From: an uncultured Verrucomicrobiae bacterium
GTDB lineage: Bacteria; Verrucomicrobiota; Verrucomicrobiia; Limisphaerales; Palsa-1400
Direction: 5' to 3'
Length of the DNA: 64,000 nt
Assembly: GCA_963764165.1 (NCBI GenBank)
Contig: CAVXRD010000002.1
Coordinates: 224,001-288,000, forward strand
Position numbers and translations under genes: made by a program. Of this stretch, positions 1-9,999 are shown piece by piece (positions within the stretch are counted from its first letter, which is position 1; each line of letters opens with the position of its first letter). The notes below the pieces were generated by a model. It saw only the letters and a list, made by a program, of their open reading frames with translations, ran no database searches and was not told where the DNA came from.

Positions 1-67
1 ATGATACGCAATCGGTTCCCCGATCAATCTTGGACACGCAATGCCATGAAAGGGAAAGGACAGTTTT

Positions 68-1657
68 GTGGATCCGTTGGATTCTACAGCGGGCGTCCGA
101 TGCGAAAATCGAGCCATTCGCATCCTGCACCTCGAAGACGCGCCCCTTGATGCTGAACTCATCAACACCATCTTGAGAAGCGACGGGTTGCGGTGCGATA
201 TAATTGTCGCGCCGGGCAAACCCGAATTCGAACTGGCGCTGAGCCAGCAGCGCTTTGACTTGATCCTCTGCGATCACGGCTTGCCGAATTACGACGGGTT
301 CGCCGCGTTGAAACTGGCGCGGGAGGTGCAGCCTGCCACGCCCGTCATCATGCTTTCAGGTTTGCTTGACGACTATCAAGCCGTCGAAAGCCTCAAGGCT
401 GGGGCCACCGATTACATCCTCAAGCAGCGCCTGGCCCGGCTCGTCCCCGCCATCGAGCGCGCCTTGCGCGATTCCCGCCAGCGCTCCGAAAAAAAACAGC
501 TCGAAGCCGCGCTGGTCCGGGCGCAGCGCATGGACAGCATTGGCGCCCTGGCGGGAGGCATCGCCCACGATTTGAATAACGCGCTGGCGCCGGTTCTGAT
601 GAGCGTCGAGCAGCTCAAGAGCTGCCCCGACGCAATCGGCAAGGAACGCTATCTCGAAATCATCGCCGCCAGCACGCGAAGAGCCACCGCGATGGTGCGG
701 CAGATTCTCCGCTTCGCCCTCGGCCAAGGGCGGATTGGCCCGTTGGAAGTGACCTCCCTTGTGCAGGAAATGGCCAAGATCATCGAGGACACATTTCCCA
801 AATCCATTTCCATATTTGTCGAGGCGGGTGGCCAGGACATTTGGAAAATCCGGGGGGATGCGACTGAAATTCACCAGGTGCTTTTGAACCTCTGCGTCAA
901 CGCGCGCGACGCGATGACCGGAGGGGGCATTCTCATGATCTCGGCCCAAAACGTCGAACTGGACGAAGCGGCGGCCGCGAAATTGGGCACCCTGCCCGGA
1001 CCGTACGTGAGGCTGTCGGTGGGCGACACCGGCTGCGGAATCCGCCCTGAGATTTTGCCCCGGATTTTCGAGCCGTTCTTCACCACCAAGGATCCGGAAA
1101 AAGGAACGGGGCTTGGCTTGTCCACCGTGTCAGCCATTGTCAAGAACCATGGAGGCTGCATTGATGTCAAAACCGCGCCGGGCGAGGGCTCGGAATTCCG
1201 CGTCTACCTGCCGGCAACGGAACCCGCTGAGCCGGGAGAAGCCAGCCCGCCCCGCGAACAGCCGCTGCCGGTTGGCAACGGGGAGTTGATTCTTGTCGTC
1301 GAGGATGAGGAAGCCGTGCGCGAATTAATAAAGACAACGCTGGAGAATTTCGGCTACCGCGTCCTCACGGCGCAAAACGGCGTGCAAGGCATCTCGCGAT
1401 TCGAGCAGCGGAAGGACGAAATCAAAGTCCTCGTGACGGACACCGACATGCCTTTCATGGACGGAATGCAAGTGATCCAGGCAATCAAAACGATGAAGCC
1501 GGATTTGCCAGTCATCGTGGCCAGCGGATCCCGGGCAGCGTCAAAAGATTCTGAAAAATCGATCACCGAATCCATCGTGAGCCTGGGCAAACCGTTCAGC
1601 GCCGAGCAGCTCATTTTCGCCGTCGGCTTCGCAGTCCAAAATCTTGTCAATGACTAA
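68..1657 (+). CDS. Hybrid sensor histidine kinase/response regulator (REC-HisKA-HATPase_c-REC)
   Basis: N-terminal receiver (ILHLED...LILCD...YILK), H-box GGIAHDLNN, N-box LLNLCVNARDAM, G boxes DTGCGI/PFFTTK/GTGLGL, C-terminal receiver; GTG start uncertain. Confidence 0.92.
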   Translation: MDPLDSTAGVRCENRAIRILHLEDAPLDAELINTILRSDGLRCDIIVAPGKPEFELALSQQRFDLILCDHGLPNYDGFAALKLAREVQPATPVIMLSGLLDDYQAVESLKAGATDYILKQRLARLVPAIERALRDSRQRSEKKQLEAALVRAQRMDSIGALAGGIAHDLNNALAPVLMSVEQLKSCPDAIGKERYLEIIAASTRRATAMVRQILRFALGQGRIGPLEVTSLVQEMAKIIEDTFPKSISIFVEAGGQDIWKIRGDATEIHQVLLNLCVNARDAMTGGGILMISAQNVELDEAAAAKLGTLPGPYVRLSVGDTGCGIRPEILPRIFEPFFTTKDPEKGTGLGLSTVSAIVKNHGGCIDVKTAPGEGSEFRVYLPATEPAEPGEASPPREQPLPVGNGELILVVEDEEAVRELIKTTLENFGYRVLTAQNGVQGISRFEQRKDEIKVLVTDTDMPFMDGMQVIQAIKTMKPDLPVIVASGSRAASKDSEKSITESIVSLGKPFSAEQLIFAVGFAVQNLVND

Positions 1658-1714
1658 CCCCGGAATCGAAGTCAAACATACTTTTTCAAGGCGTCGAAGG
1701 ATGAGTTCCTTTCC

Positions 1715-1852
1715 GCTTTTGCGTCTTTGCGCCCTTGTGCCAAAACCAGCCCTTCGCGGCGACCGGAAACGAAATTATCGGAATCATTGTCGACAGCGCT
1801 GGATGGTGAAGGAAGGGGAAATTTTAGCGCAAGCGCGCAAAGACGCAAAGGC
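1715..1852. repeat. Intergenic inverted repeat (cgcaaagacgcaaag-type arms)
   Basis: gcttttgcgtctttgcgcccttgtgccaaaa (1715-1745) matches the reverse complement of 1822-1852 at 27/31 positions. Confidence 0.75.
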
Positions 1853-1876
1853 GCGAAGATTTGGCCGGGCAACATC

Positions 1877-2461
1877 ATGAAATGGATGCGCCTCTTTTTG
1901 CCGGGGGCCGGGAGGTTTGTGGCCCGGTGCGTGTTGGCGGCATTATTCTGGGTCATTTCAAGCGGGGAGCTTCGCGCGGAAACCCGCGAATACCAAATCA
2001 AGGCCGCGTTCCTCATCAATTTCATCCAGTTTGTCACCTGGCCCACGAATGCGTTTCCCAGCGATGAGGCTCCCTTCCGGATTGGAATCCTCGGCGCCGA
2101 TCCGTTCGGGCCGGCGCTGGACCGCGCGGCCCAAACCATCCAGGCGCGCCATCGTAGGATCGAAGTTTTTCACTGCCGGAAGGTCGATGAGTGCAAAGAT
2201 TGCCAGATGGTATTCGTCTCCAAATCGGAGGAGAAGAGCCAGCTCCAAATCCTGTCCGCGCTCAGCGCCATGCCAGTCCTGAAGGTCAGCGAGCAGCGCG
2301 AATTCGCCCAGCACGGCGGCGACATCAATTTCTACCTCGAAGACAACAAGGTTCGTTTCGAAATCAATCCCGCCTCCGCCCATCGAGAAAAGCTGAAAAT
2401 CAGCTCGCAACTGTTAAGCTTGGGGAAACTTGTCGGCCCCCCGGGAGGGCCCATTAGATGA
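1877..2461 (+). CDS. YfiR-family (DUF4154) periplasmic protein
   Basis: Signal peptide followed by EYQIKAAFLINFIQFVTWP, IGILGADPFG, GGDINF and VRFEIN...LKISSQLLSL motifs; ATG at 1877 preferred because the longer ORF runs through the repeat. Confidence 0.88.
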   Translation: MKWMRLFLPGAGRFVARCVLAALFWVISSGELRAETREYQIKAAFLINFIQFVTWPTNAFPSDEAPFRIGILGADPFGPALDRAAQTIQARHRRIEVFHCRKVDECKDCQMVFVSKSEEKSQLQILSALSAMPVLKVSEQREFAQHGGDINFYLEDNKVRFEINPASAHREKLKISSQLLSLGKLVGPPGGPIR

Positions 2462-5343
2462 CGTGGCTTGGCCAGCAACCCATTAAGCGCAAACTCGGAC
2501 TGGTGGTCGTCATCAGCTGCCTGGCGGTGCTGGTGCCGATGTGCGTGGCACTCGCCTTTTATCAGGTGCATGATTTTCGGAGCAGGCTCGAGCGCGACAC
2601 CACGGTTTTGGCGGATGTGGTGGCGCGAAATTCCGAAGCCTCGCTGACCTTTGAAGATGTCGGCAGCGCGCAAAAAACCCTCCAGGCCATTGACGCTGAA
2701 TCGTTTCTGGGCGGGGCGCAGCTTTACGATGTGCGCGGCGAACCCTTCGCCCTGTACATCCGCCCGGGCGCAAATCTCCAATTTCCCGAGCACGCGCCGC
2801 CGCCGGGTTCGGAATTCGGGCCCGCATGGCTGGTTGTGGCGCGCCCGGTGGAATTCCAGGGAAAATTCATCGGCACCATCTGCCTTCAGGCGAGCTTGCA
2901 GGGCATTCGTGATCGCTTGCGCTGGTCGGCGGAGATCGGTTTTCCGGTGTTGCTGGCCTGCGTGCTGGGAGCGCTTTTTGTCTCGCTTCGCTTGCAGCAC
3001 TCGATCACCGATCCCATTCTCGCGCTGGCCCAAACAGCCAAGAGCGTGGCCGAGAAGCGCGATTACACCGTCCGCGCCGTGCCGCAAGGCCCGCAGGAAA
3101 TCGGCGTGCTGACCGATGCGTTTAACTTGATGCTCAAACAGATTCAGGAGCAAAACCAGGATCTCAATTACGAGCGCGATTTGCTCGCGACGCTGATGGA
3201 GAATCTGCCGGACTCGATCTACTTCAAGGATCCGCAGTCCCGCTACCGCCACGTGAGCCGCTCCAAGATGGAAAGCGCGTTCGCTGTATGCCTGGCGCGC
3301 TACCACGCCACCCACGCCGAGGGCGGCGGCACACCGCTGCCCGAACACTTGACAAGCCTCGACAAGTTCGCCCGCTACCTCGAAAACAAGAGCGACGCCG
3401 ATTTCTTCAACGAGGAGGACGCGCGCTTTAATCTTGAAGAGGAGCAGGAAATCATCCGCACGGGCATGCCTGTGATTGGAAAAATCGAGCGCGCCCGCCT
3501 GCTGGACGGGCGCCTGGCGTGGTTCATGAGCGCCAAAATGCCGTGGCGCGATCGCAATGGAAAAATCATCGGCACCTTCGGCTCCTCCAAAAACATCACC
3601 GCCATCAAGGAAACCGAGCAGCGGCTCCAAACGCAGCTCGAGCGCTTGAGGCTGCTGGATCAAATCACCCGTTCCATCGGCGAACGCCAGGATCTCCCCT
3701 CTATTTTCCATTCCGTCCTGAGGCGGCTGGAGGATCAAATGCCAGTGGATTTCGCCTGCGTCTGCAATCACAGCCCCAGCGCCGAACATCTCGCGGTGAC
3801 CAGTGTCGGAGCGAAAAGCGTCTCCATCTCGCATTCAATGGGAATTCCGGAAAACGCAAAAATCCCCGTCCATCAAGACGGCTTTTCGCGATGTTTGAAG
3901 GGCTATATCGTTTACGAGCCCAACACTTCCAAATTGGGTTTTCCGTTTACAAAAGCGCTGTCCTCGGCGGGATTGCATTCGGTGGTGCTGGCGCCATTGC
4001 AAGTGGAAAGCCAGATTTTCGGCATCCTCGTCGCCGCCCGCCGGGAGGTCGAGGGGTTTTCCAGCGCCGATTGCGAGTTCCTCAAGCAATTAAGCGAACA
4101 CGTTGCGCTCGCCTCGCATCAATCCCAGCTTTACACCGCCCTGCAAAACGCCTTTGACGAACTGCGCCAGACCCAGCAGGCCGTCATGCAGCAGGAGCGC
4201 CTGCGCGCCCTGGGGGAGATGGCCAGCGGCATTGCCCACGATATCAACAACGCCATCGCGCCGGTGTCCCTCTACACTGAATCGCTGCTGGAGACGGAGC
4301 CGAATTTGAGCGAGCGCGCCCGTTCCTATTTGGAGACCATCCAGCGCTCGATTGACGACGTCGCCCACACGGTCTCGCGCATGAAGGAGTTTTACCGCCA
4401 GCGCGAACCGCAATTGACCTTTGCGCCCGCAAACGTCAACTTAATGGTGGAACAAGTCGTTGATATCTCGCGCGCCCGCTGGAGTGACATTCCCCAGCAG
4501 CGCGGGAAAGTCATCAAGCTGACAACAAAACTGGAAGCGGACCTGCCTCCTGTCATGGGTGTGGAAAGCGAAATTCGTGAGGCGCTGGTGAATTTGATTT
4601 TCAACGCGACGGACGCAATGCCCGAAGGCGGCGCGCTGCGGCTTCGCACGCGGCTTGGCACGGACAAAACCGGCCGGGAATCGGTCATCGTTGAAGTCAC
4701 CGACACCGGAATTGGTATGGACGAAGAAACTCGCCGCCGCTGCCTGGAACCGTTTTTCACCACCAAAGGCGAACGCGGAACCGGACTTGGACTGGCCATG
4801 GTTTACGGCATCGTCCGCCGCCACGGCGGCGAAATCGAAATCGATTCCGAACTCGGCTGCGGCGCCACCTTCCGGCTCTTCCTGCCCGCGGGCTCGCACT
4901 CGACCGAAGAGCCGCCGGCCGTGGCCCCAACCGCCGCCCCGCCCCGCCAGGTCGTTTTGGTGGTCGACGACGACCCGGTGCTGATTCGTTCGCTGCGGGA
5001 TATTTTGGAGAATGACGGCCACGATGTCACATGCGCCGGCAGCGGCCAGGAGGGCATCAAGCTCTTCCGCGTTTCGCTGGAAAAACAGAAGCCTTTCGCC
5101 ATCGTCTTCACTGACCTTGGCATGCCGGGCGTGGACGGGCGGCAAGTCGCCGCCGCCATCAAAGCCCTTTCGCCCCACACACCGGTCATCATGCTAACCG
5201 GCTGGGGCGAGCGCATGGTGGAGGAAGGGGAAGTTCCGGCCGATGTCAACCAGATCCTGAGCAAACCGCCAAAGCTGCGCGATTTGCGGCAGGCGATGAA
5301 CAAATGCCTGGCTCCGCAAACCACGGGAGGCGCCCTTGCCTGA
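2458..5343 (+). CDS. Membrane hybrid histidine kinase (TM-periplasmic sensor-TM-HAMP-PAS-GAF-HisKA-HATPase-REC)
   Basis: Two TM segments, HAMP (EIGVLTDAFNLML), PAS (PDSIYFKD), GAF, GIAHDINN, PFFTTKG/GTGLGL, C-terminal receiver; overlaps the YfiR stop. Confidence 0.92.
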   Translation: MTWLGQQPIKRKLGLVVVISCLAVLVPMCVALAFYQVHDFRSRLERDTTVLADVVARNSEASLTFEDVGSAQKTLQAIDAESFLGGAQLYDVRGEPFALYIRPGANLQFPEHAPPPGSEFGPAWLVVARPVEFQGKFIGTICLQASLQGIRDRLRWSAEIGFPVLLACVLGALFVSLRLQHSITDPILALAQTAKSVAEKRDYTVRAVPQGPQEIGVLTDAFNLMLKQIQEQNQDLNYERDLLATLMENLPDSIYFKDPQSRYRHVSRSKMESAFAVCLARYHATHAEGGGTPLPEHLTSLDKFARYLENKSDADFFNEEDARFNLEEEQEIIRTGMPVIGKIERARLLDGRLAWFMSAKMPWRDRNGKIIGTFGSSKNITAIKETEQRLQTQLERLRLLDQITRSIGERQDLPSIFHSVLRRLEDQMPVDFACVCNHSPSAEHLAVTSVGAKSVSISHSMGIPENAKIPVHQDGFSRCLKGYIVYEPNTSKLGFPFTKALSSAGLHSVVLAPLQVESQIFGILVAARREVEGFSSADCEFLKQLSEHVALASHQSQLYTALQNAFDELRQTQQAVMQQERLRALGEMASGIAHDINNAIAPVSLYTESLLETEPNLSERARSYLETIQRSIDDVAHTVSRMKEFYRQREPQLTFAPANVNLMVEQVVDISRARWSDIPQQRGKVIKLTTKLEADLPPVMGVESEIREALVNLIFNATDAMPEGGALRLRTRLGTDKTGRESVIVEVTDTGIGMDEETRRRCLEPFFTTKGERGTGLGLAMVYGIVRRHGGEIEIDSELGCGATFRLFLPAGSHSTEEPPAVAPTAAPPRQVVLVVDDDPVLIRSLRDILENDGHDVTCAGSGQEGIKLFRVSLEKQKPFAIVFTDLGMPGVDGRQVAAAIKALSPHTPVIMLTGWGERMVEEGEVPADVNQILSKPPKLRDLRQAMNKCLAPQTTGGALA

Positions 5344-6490
5344 TTCAGGCTCCGCGAAAATAATCATCGTTGACGACGAGGCCGCCCATTTGAAGGCGCT
5401 ATGCGACATTTTGCAGCGCCACGGCTACGCGACGGAGGGATTCGCCGCGCCCGTCGCCGCCCTGGCGGCCATTGAGCGCGGACGTTATGCGCTGCTGCTG
5501 ACAGACTTGATGATGCCGGAAATGAACGGAATCGAGCTTTTGGAATCCGCCCGGCAGAAGGATCCCAATCTGGCCGCCATCATCATGACGGGCGAAGGCA
5601 CGATCGCCACAGCTGTCGAAGCGATGCAGTCCGGGGCGATGGATTACGTCCTGAAGCCGTTCAAGCTGAGCACGCTGCTGCCAATTTTGGAGCGCGCATT
5701 GTCGATGCGGTGGCTGCGGCTGCAAAACGCCGCGCTGGAGCAAAGCGTCCGCGAGCGCACGGCGGAATTGGAAATCGCCAACCATGAATTGGAGGCATTT
5801 TCCTATTCGGTTTCGCACGATCTTCGCGCGCCGCTGCGGCGCATTGACGGCTTCACCACCATTTTATCCCAGCGTTACGGCCCGGAATTGCCGCCGGACG
5901 CCGCGCGGCTGGTCGACATTGTCCTCAAGCAAACCCGCCTGATGGGAACGCTGATCGACGATTTGCTCCGCCTCTCGCGCCTCAGCCGGCAGCCGCTGGC
6001 GAAGCGGAAGATTTGCATGAAGGACCTCGCGCGCGAAATCGTGGATGACCTGCAGCGCGAAAATGCCGACCGGAAAGTAACCGTCCACATGGGCGAGCTG
6101 CCGGATTGCATGGGGGATGAAGGATTGGTGCGCCAGGTCGCGGTGAATCTATTGTCGAACGCTTTTAAGTTCACACGGCAGCGCCCTGACGCGCTGGTGG
6201 AAATCGACGGGCGGCTGTGCGGGCAGGAAGTGGTTTATTTCGTGCGTGACAATGGGGCGGGCTTTGACATGCAGCACGCCAAACGGCTTTTTGGCGTTTT
6301 CCAGCGACTGCACAGCAGCGAGCAATTTGAGGGAACAGGCGTTGGATTGTCGATTGTCCAGCGCATTGTCATGCGGCATGGCGGGCGCATCTGGGCGGAG
6401 GCTGCCATTAACCAGGGCGCCTCATTTTATTTTGCAATCCCCGTCTCCCCCGCGGCCCCTGCACCGCAGGCTCCATCCATGAAGAGTTAA
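5336..6490 (+). CDS. Receiver-histidine kinase (REC-HisKA-HATPase_c)
   Basis: IIIVDDE...LLLTDLMMP receiver; FSYSVSHDLRAPLR H-box; DNGAGFD, FQRLH, GTGVGL. Confidence 0.92.
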   Translation: MPDSGSAKIIIVDDEAAHLKALCDILQRHGYATEGFAAPVAALAAIERGRYALLLTDLMMPEMNGIELLESARQKDPNLAAIIMTGEGTIATAVEAMQSGAMDYVLKPFKLSTLLPILERALSMRWLRLQNAALEQSVRERTAELEIANHELEAFSYSVSHDLRAPLRRIDGFTTILSQRYGPELPPDAARLVDIVLKQTRLMGTLIDDLLRLSRLSRQPLAKRKICMKDLAREIVDDLQRENADRKVTVHMGELPDCMGDEGLVRQVAVNLLSNAFKFTRQRPDALVEIDGRLCGQEVVYFVRDNGAGFDMQHAKRLFGVFQRLHSSEQFEGTGVGLSIVQRIVMRHGGRIWAEAAINQGASFYFAIPVSPAAPAPQAPSMKS

Positions 6491-6643
6491 CAGAAGGAAA
6501 CAAAGGACACCAAGAAAGGCAACAGAAAGAGAACGATGGGCTTCCCCCCTTCGCTGCCTCGTTATTTTCAGTTGAATCCAGATTTCAGATTTGTGGATTT
6601 TTGTCATTGCATTTGTTCCGGCGGGCCGTAACCTAAACAACTC

Positions 6644-6901
6644 GTGAATAGCGAATACATGAAGCAAGCCCTGGCCAAGGTCGGTAATGCAAACATCTTG
6701 GTGAATGTCATTTCCCGCCGCGTCCGGCAACTCACTTCCGGCGGCGGCAACAGCCGTCCGCTGGTGGACACCGCCGGCAATCTCGGAGCGGCGGACATCG
6801 CGCTGCTCGAATTGATCGAAGGCAAAATGGACTTTTTTGCCAACGCCGAAGGCGAAGAGGACGCCCAGCCCGCCGCCAAAAAACGCCGCGGCAGCCGCTA
6901 A
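6644..6901 (+). CDS. rpoZ: DNA-directed RNA polymerase subunit omega
   Basis: KVGNANILVNVISRRVRQL...IALLELIEGK matches the omega pattern; 85 aa. Confidence 0.8.
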   Translation: MNSEYMKQALAKVGNANILVNVISRRVRQLTSGGGNSRPLVDTAGNLGAADIALLELIEGKMDFFANAEGEEDAQPAAKKRRGSR

Positions 6902-6953
6902 TCCGGCCTCGCCCCCATTGCGGGAGGCGAAACTCGGCGGGCTAAAGTGTTTT

Positions 6954-7409
6954 ATGGCCGAAATTCTTCATAACGCCAAAGCCCGGCGCGATTACGAAAT
7001 TCTCGAAACCTACGAGGCAGGCATCGCTTTGCATGGCTCGGAAGTCAAGGCGCTGCGCGCAGGCAAGGCCCAAATCAGCGATGCTTTCGCGCGGGTGGAA
7101 AAACAGGAAGCCTGGCTCTATAACGCGCACATCGACGAATACGCCCAAGCCAACCGCTTCGGCCACTCGCCCAAGGCGCCCCGGAAACTGCTCCTGCACA
7201 AGTCCGAGATCCGCAAACTATTCGAACTTGCGTCCGTCAAAGGCAACTCCCTCATCCCGCTGTCGCTTTATTGGAAGAACGGAAAAGTGAAAGTCTCGAT
7301 AGGCGTCGGCAAAGGCAAAGTGGAATACGACAAGCGCCAGGACATCAAGCAGCGGGAATCCGACCGCGAGCTAAAACGCGCGCAGATGCACCAAATGAAA
7401 CGGAAGTAA
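6954..7409 (+). CDS. smpB: SsrA-binding protein SmpB
   Basis: NAKARRDYEILETYEAGIALHGSEVKALR, RKLLLHK, GKGK..YDKR motifs; ATG at 6954. Confidence 0.97.
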   Translation: MAEILHNAKARRDYEILETYEAGIALHGSEVKALRAGKAQISDAFARVEKQEAWLYNAHIDEYAQANRFGHSPKAPRKLLLHKSEIRKLFELASVKGNSLIPLSLYWKNGKVKVSIGVGKGKVEYDKRQDIKQRESDRELKRAQMHQMKRK

Positions 7410-7515
7410 GCGGCATCGGCTGGCCGTCCGATTAATTCTCTCACCAGTGGTGTGAGTTTTTCAATCAACACCCTGGCGTTCGCCAGAGCCGACGCATCTT
7501 TGCGCCTTGCCAGCC

Positions 7516-7794
7516 CTATTTGGCCGCGGGTTTGGCAGCGCCTTTGTCTTTGCTCCACGTGCGTCTTGGAGCCTTGGTGACGAGGCCCTTTTTGATAGCC
7601 TTGGCGGACACGCGGACATAGCGGACTTCGCCATCCACCACCGCTTTGACGCGCTGGAGATTGGGCAGGAAGCGCCGCTTGGTGATCGCGGTGACGTGCG
7701 TGCCGATGCCGCCCTTTTTCTTCGCCTTGCCACTGCGCCAAATATGGCTTCCCTTGATGGGGCCAACGCCTGTCAATTCACAAATTCGAGACAT
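7516..7794 (-). CDS. rpmB: 50S ribosomal protein L28
   Basis: MSRICELTG...TKRRFLPNLQ...VRVSAKAIK. Confidence 0.96.
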   Translation of the reverse strand: MSRICELTGVGPIKGSHIWRSGKAKKKGGIGTHVTAITKRRFLPNLQRVKAVVDGEVRYVRVSAKAIKKGLVTKAPRRTWSKDKGAAKPAAK

Positions 7795-7818
7795 AAATTT
7801 ATATCAAAATAGGGGCGG

Positions 7819-7846
7819 AACATAACCGATCCACCCGGGGATTCAA
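7819..7846 (-). promoter_or_regulatory. Putative sigma70 promoter of rpmB
   Basis: Minus-strand TTGAAT-16 bp-TATGTT about 25 nt upstream of the start codon. Confidence 0.35.
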
Positions 7847-8022
7847 GCACAATCTCAAGGCAATTTTCAATCCGCCCGCGCAGTTGTGAGTTTGCCTCCT
7901 AATGGAATCAAGGCAAAGCCGGGCGCCGCATAGGAGCAACCCAACAACGAGGTCTGCCCCGATGTTATTGCCCGATGGAGGTAGAGGTTGGGTGCCTGCG
8001 CGCGCGCTTGGCGAAACCAATT

Positions 8023-8096
8023 TGGCTGTCCGACATGGATTCGAACCATGACAAAAGCCTCCAAAGGGCCTTGTGCTACCGTTACACCATCGGACA
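8023..8096 (-). tRNA. tRNA-Gln(TTG)
   Basis: TGTCCGATGGTGTAACGGTAGCAC-AGGCC CTTTGGA GGCTT-...GGTTCGAATCC...GGACAGCCA; cloverleaf, anticodon TTG, encoded CCA. Confidence 0.96.
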
Positions 8097-8328
8097 ATCT
8101 GCGCCCACGTTAACCCTTCCAGTCCCAACTGCAAATCCAAAATTATTGAAAAATAGTTGCATGGGGCGCAGGACAAAATTCTTCTGCTGCCGCGGTGGCA
8201 GAAGCGTCTCGCCTCTGTGGAAATGTGTCTTGACATCCTCCTGCAATAGCCCGATTGAACATTCAGGGAATTGATGTCGTCGATATAATGGTGGCGTTTT
8301 GCATGCGATTCTCTAAAGTACTTGTGGC

Positions 8329-9999
8329 ATGAACATCGAGCGGAGTCGTTGGTTCGGGGTTGCCTTGTGCATCGCCTTGGCGGGAGTGATGCTTTTGTGC
8401 GGCTGGCTTGTTCCCATGCATTTGCGGGCGGTGGACACCTCTGTCCTGCAGCGCGCGGGTGAAGGCCATCCGTCTCTCATTGATCGCGGCCTTTCTCTCG
8501 AACATGCCAACAATCCCGAAGCGGCCCGACTTGTCCTCGAAGCAGCCCAGGCCGAGAACATTCCGTGGACGGGAGAATTGGCCTCAACCTTGGCCGGACA
8601 TGCGGACACGGCGCCCATATTCCCCGGCGGCCCGGCGCTTTCGGCTTCCACCAATCTTACGTCGCAAATTATGCGTTTGGCAAATCGCGACAAGGTTTTC
8701 GCCTTCCTCGATGCCAACGGCTCGCCTGCTGTCCGCGAATTGCTGCGCACTCGGGAATTGACCAATACCGTCATTTTTACACCGTCAAGCGCGCCATCCG
8801 GCCAGGCCTTCGACGCGGCGGTGGCGATCACCGGCCTGCTGCTGTCTGATAACCAGCTTTCCTCGGGTTTGCGCGAGGCGATCATGGAACGGGCTGGCGC
8901 CGCCCGCAGCAGCGCGACAGCCCAGCCGCTGGAAGAAATCCTGATGGATTTAATGTCTCTCGGTCAGCGGTTCTCGTGGGGCCAATTGGCCGTGTTCGTT
9001 AATAATATTGGCGAGCCCAAGACGTTATCGATGTTGACCGAGGACGTTCGCAATGCGGGACCTAAATTGCCGGAATTATTTTCCGCCGTGGCGCTTTCGC
9101 AGCAGCCGGCGGGCGTATCGGCTTACTTGGCGCAATTCAGCAAGACGGGAATGGCGGATTTGGGTGGCAGCCTGCGTTATGGCGAGGGCGGCGTGAACGA
9201 GCTTTTGCAGCGGCAGCAGCGGCTTTTCCTTTCCGCAACACGTGAAAAGTGGACCTCATCCGGCCCGCTCGCGATGTTTTTCCGGGCCGGGACGGATTAC
9301 TCGCTTCACCAGATGTGGTTCGCGCTGGCGGTGAAATGGTTTTTTTATGTTTCGGGCGGTTTTCTGCTGGCGGCCGCCCTTCATTGGATGCGGCCCGCCC
9401 CCGTGGAAATGGAGGAATCGCCGCGCCCGCTGGGCTACGGCCTCGTCCGGGAAATATTCTTTGCCGTTGGGTTTTTGCTTGTGGTCCTGCTCGTGAGCGA
9501 GCCGTATCTCGCCCAGGACAGCCAGAAGGCGGAGTTCGCCTTCCGGCTGCGCCTGCCCCTGACAGGCGCTGTGGCCTCAAGCATATTGCCCCTCGTCAAA
9601 TCGAAACTTATGAATACACGAAGTTTGTTAACCATGCTGCTGTTCTTTGTCTTGCAGGGGCTGCTTTATTGCGCCTCGCTGGCGAAGTTGAAGGAAATCC
9701 TGCGCCAAAGAGTCCCGGCTCGGATGCAATTGCGCCTGCTCGATAACGAAGAACATCTGTTCGACGGCGGTCTCTATTTGGGCTTCGTCGGCACGATCAT
9801 TTGTTTGATTCTCGTGTCGCTGGGCATCATTACGCAAAGCGTGATGGCGGCCTATTCGTCGACTTCGTTTGGCGTCATCTTTGTCTTTATCTTCAAGATC
9901 TTCAATCTGCGCCCGGTCCGGCGCAAATTGCTGATTGCGGCGGAATCCGCGCCGCTGGTGGTTGAAACACCCGTCGCCTCCAAACTGACCACCGCATGA
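8329..9999 (+). CDS. Polytopic membrane protein with C-terminal MotA/TolQ/ExbB-like channel helices (uncharacterised)
   Basis: N-terminal anchor, ~300-aa soluble domain, about five further TMs; GLYLGFVGTII and MAAYSSTSFG resemble the ExbB/TolQ GLxGTV and ALxTTAxG helices. Confidence 0.75.
   Translation: MNIERSRWFGVALCIALAGVMLLCGWLVPMHLRAVDTSVLQRAGEGHPSLIDRGLSLEHANNPEAARLVLEAAQAENIPWTGELASTLAGHADTAPIFPGGPALSASTNLTSQIMRLANRDKVFAFLDANGSPAVRELLRTRELTNTVIFTPSSAPSGQAFDAAVAITGLLLSDNQLSSGLREAIMERAGAARSSATAQPLEEILMDLMSLGQRFSWGQLAVFVNNIGEPKTLSMLTEDVRNAGPKLPELFSAVALSQQPAGVSAYLAQFSKTGMADLGGSLRYGEGGVNELLQRQQRLFLSATREKWTSSGPLAMFFRAGTDYSLHQMWFALAVKWFFYVSGGFLLAAALHWMRPAPVEMEESPRPLGYGLVREIFFAVGFLLVVLLVSEPYLAQDSQKAEFAFRLRLPLTGAVASSILPLVKSKLMNTRSLLTMLLFFVLQGLLYCASLAKLKEILRQRVPARMQLRLLDNEEHLFDGGLYLGFVGTIICLILVSLGIITQSVMAAYSSTSFGVIFVFIFKIFNLRPVRRKLLIAAESAPLVVETPVASKLTTA

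Noticed and set aside
7410..8020. tmRNA (ssrA) near smpB
   Set aside because: No GGGG...CCACCA tRNA-Ala-like ends or tag reading frame found
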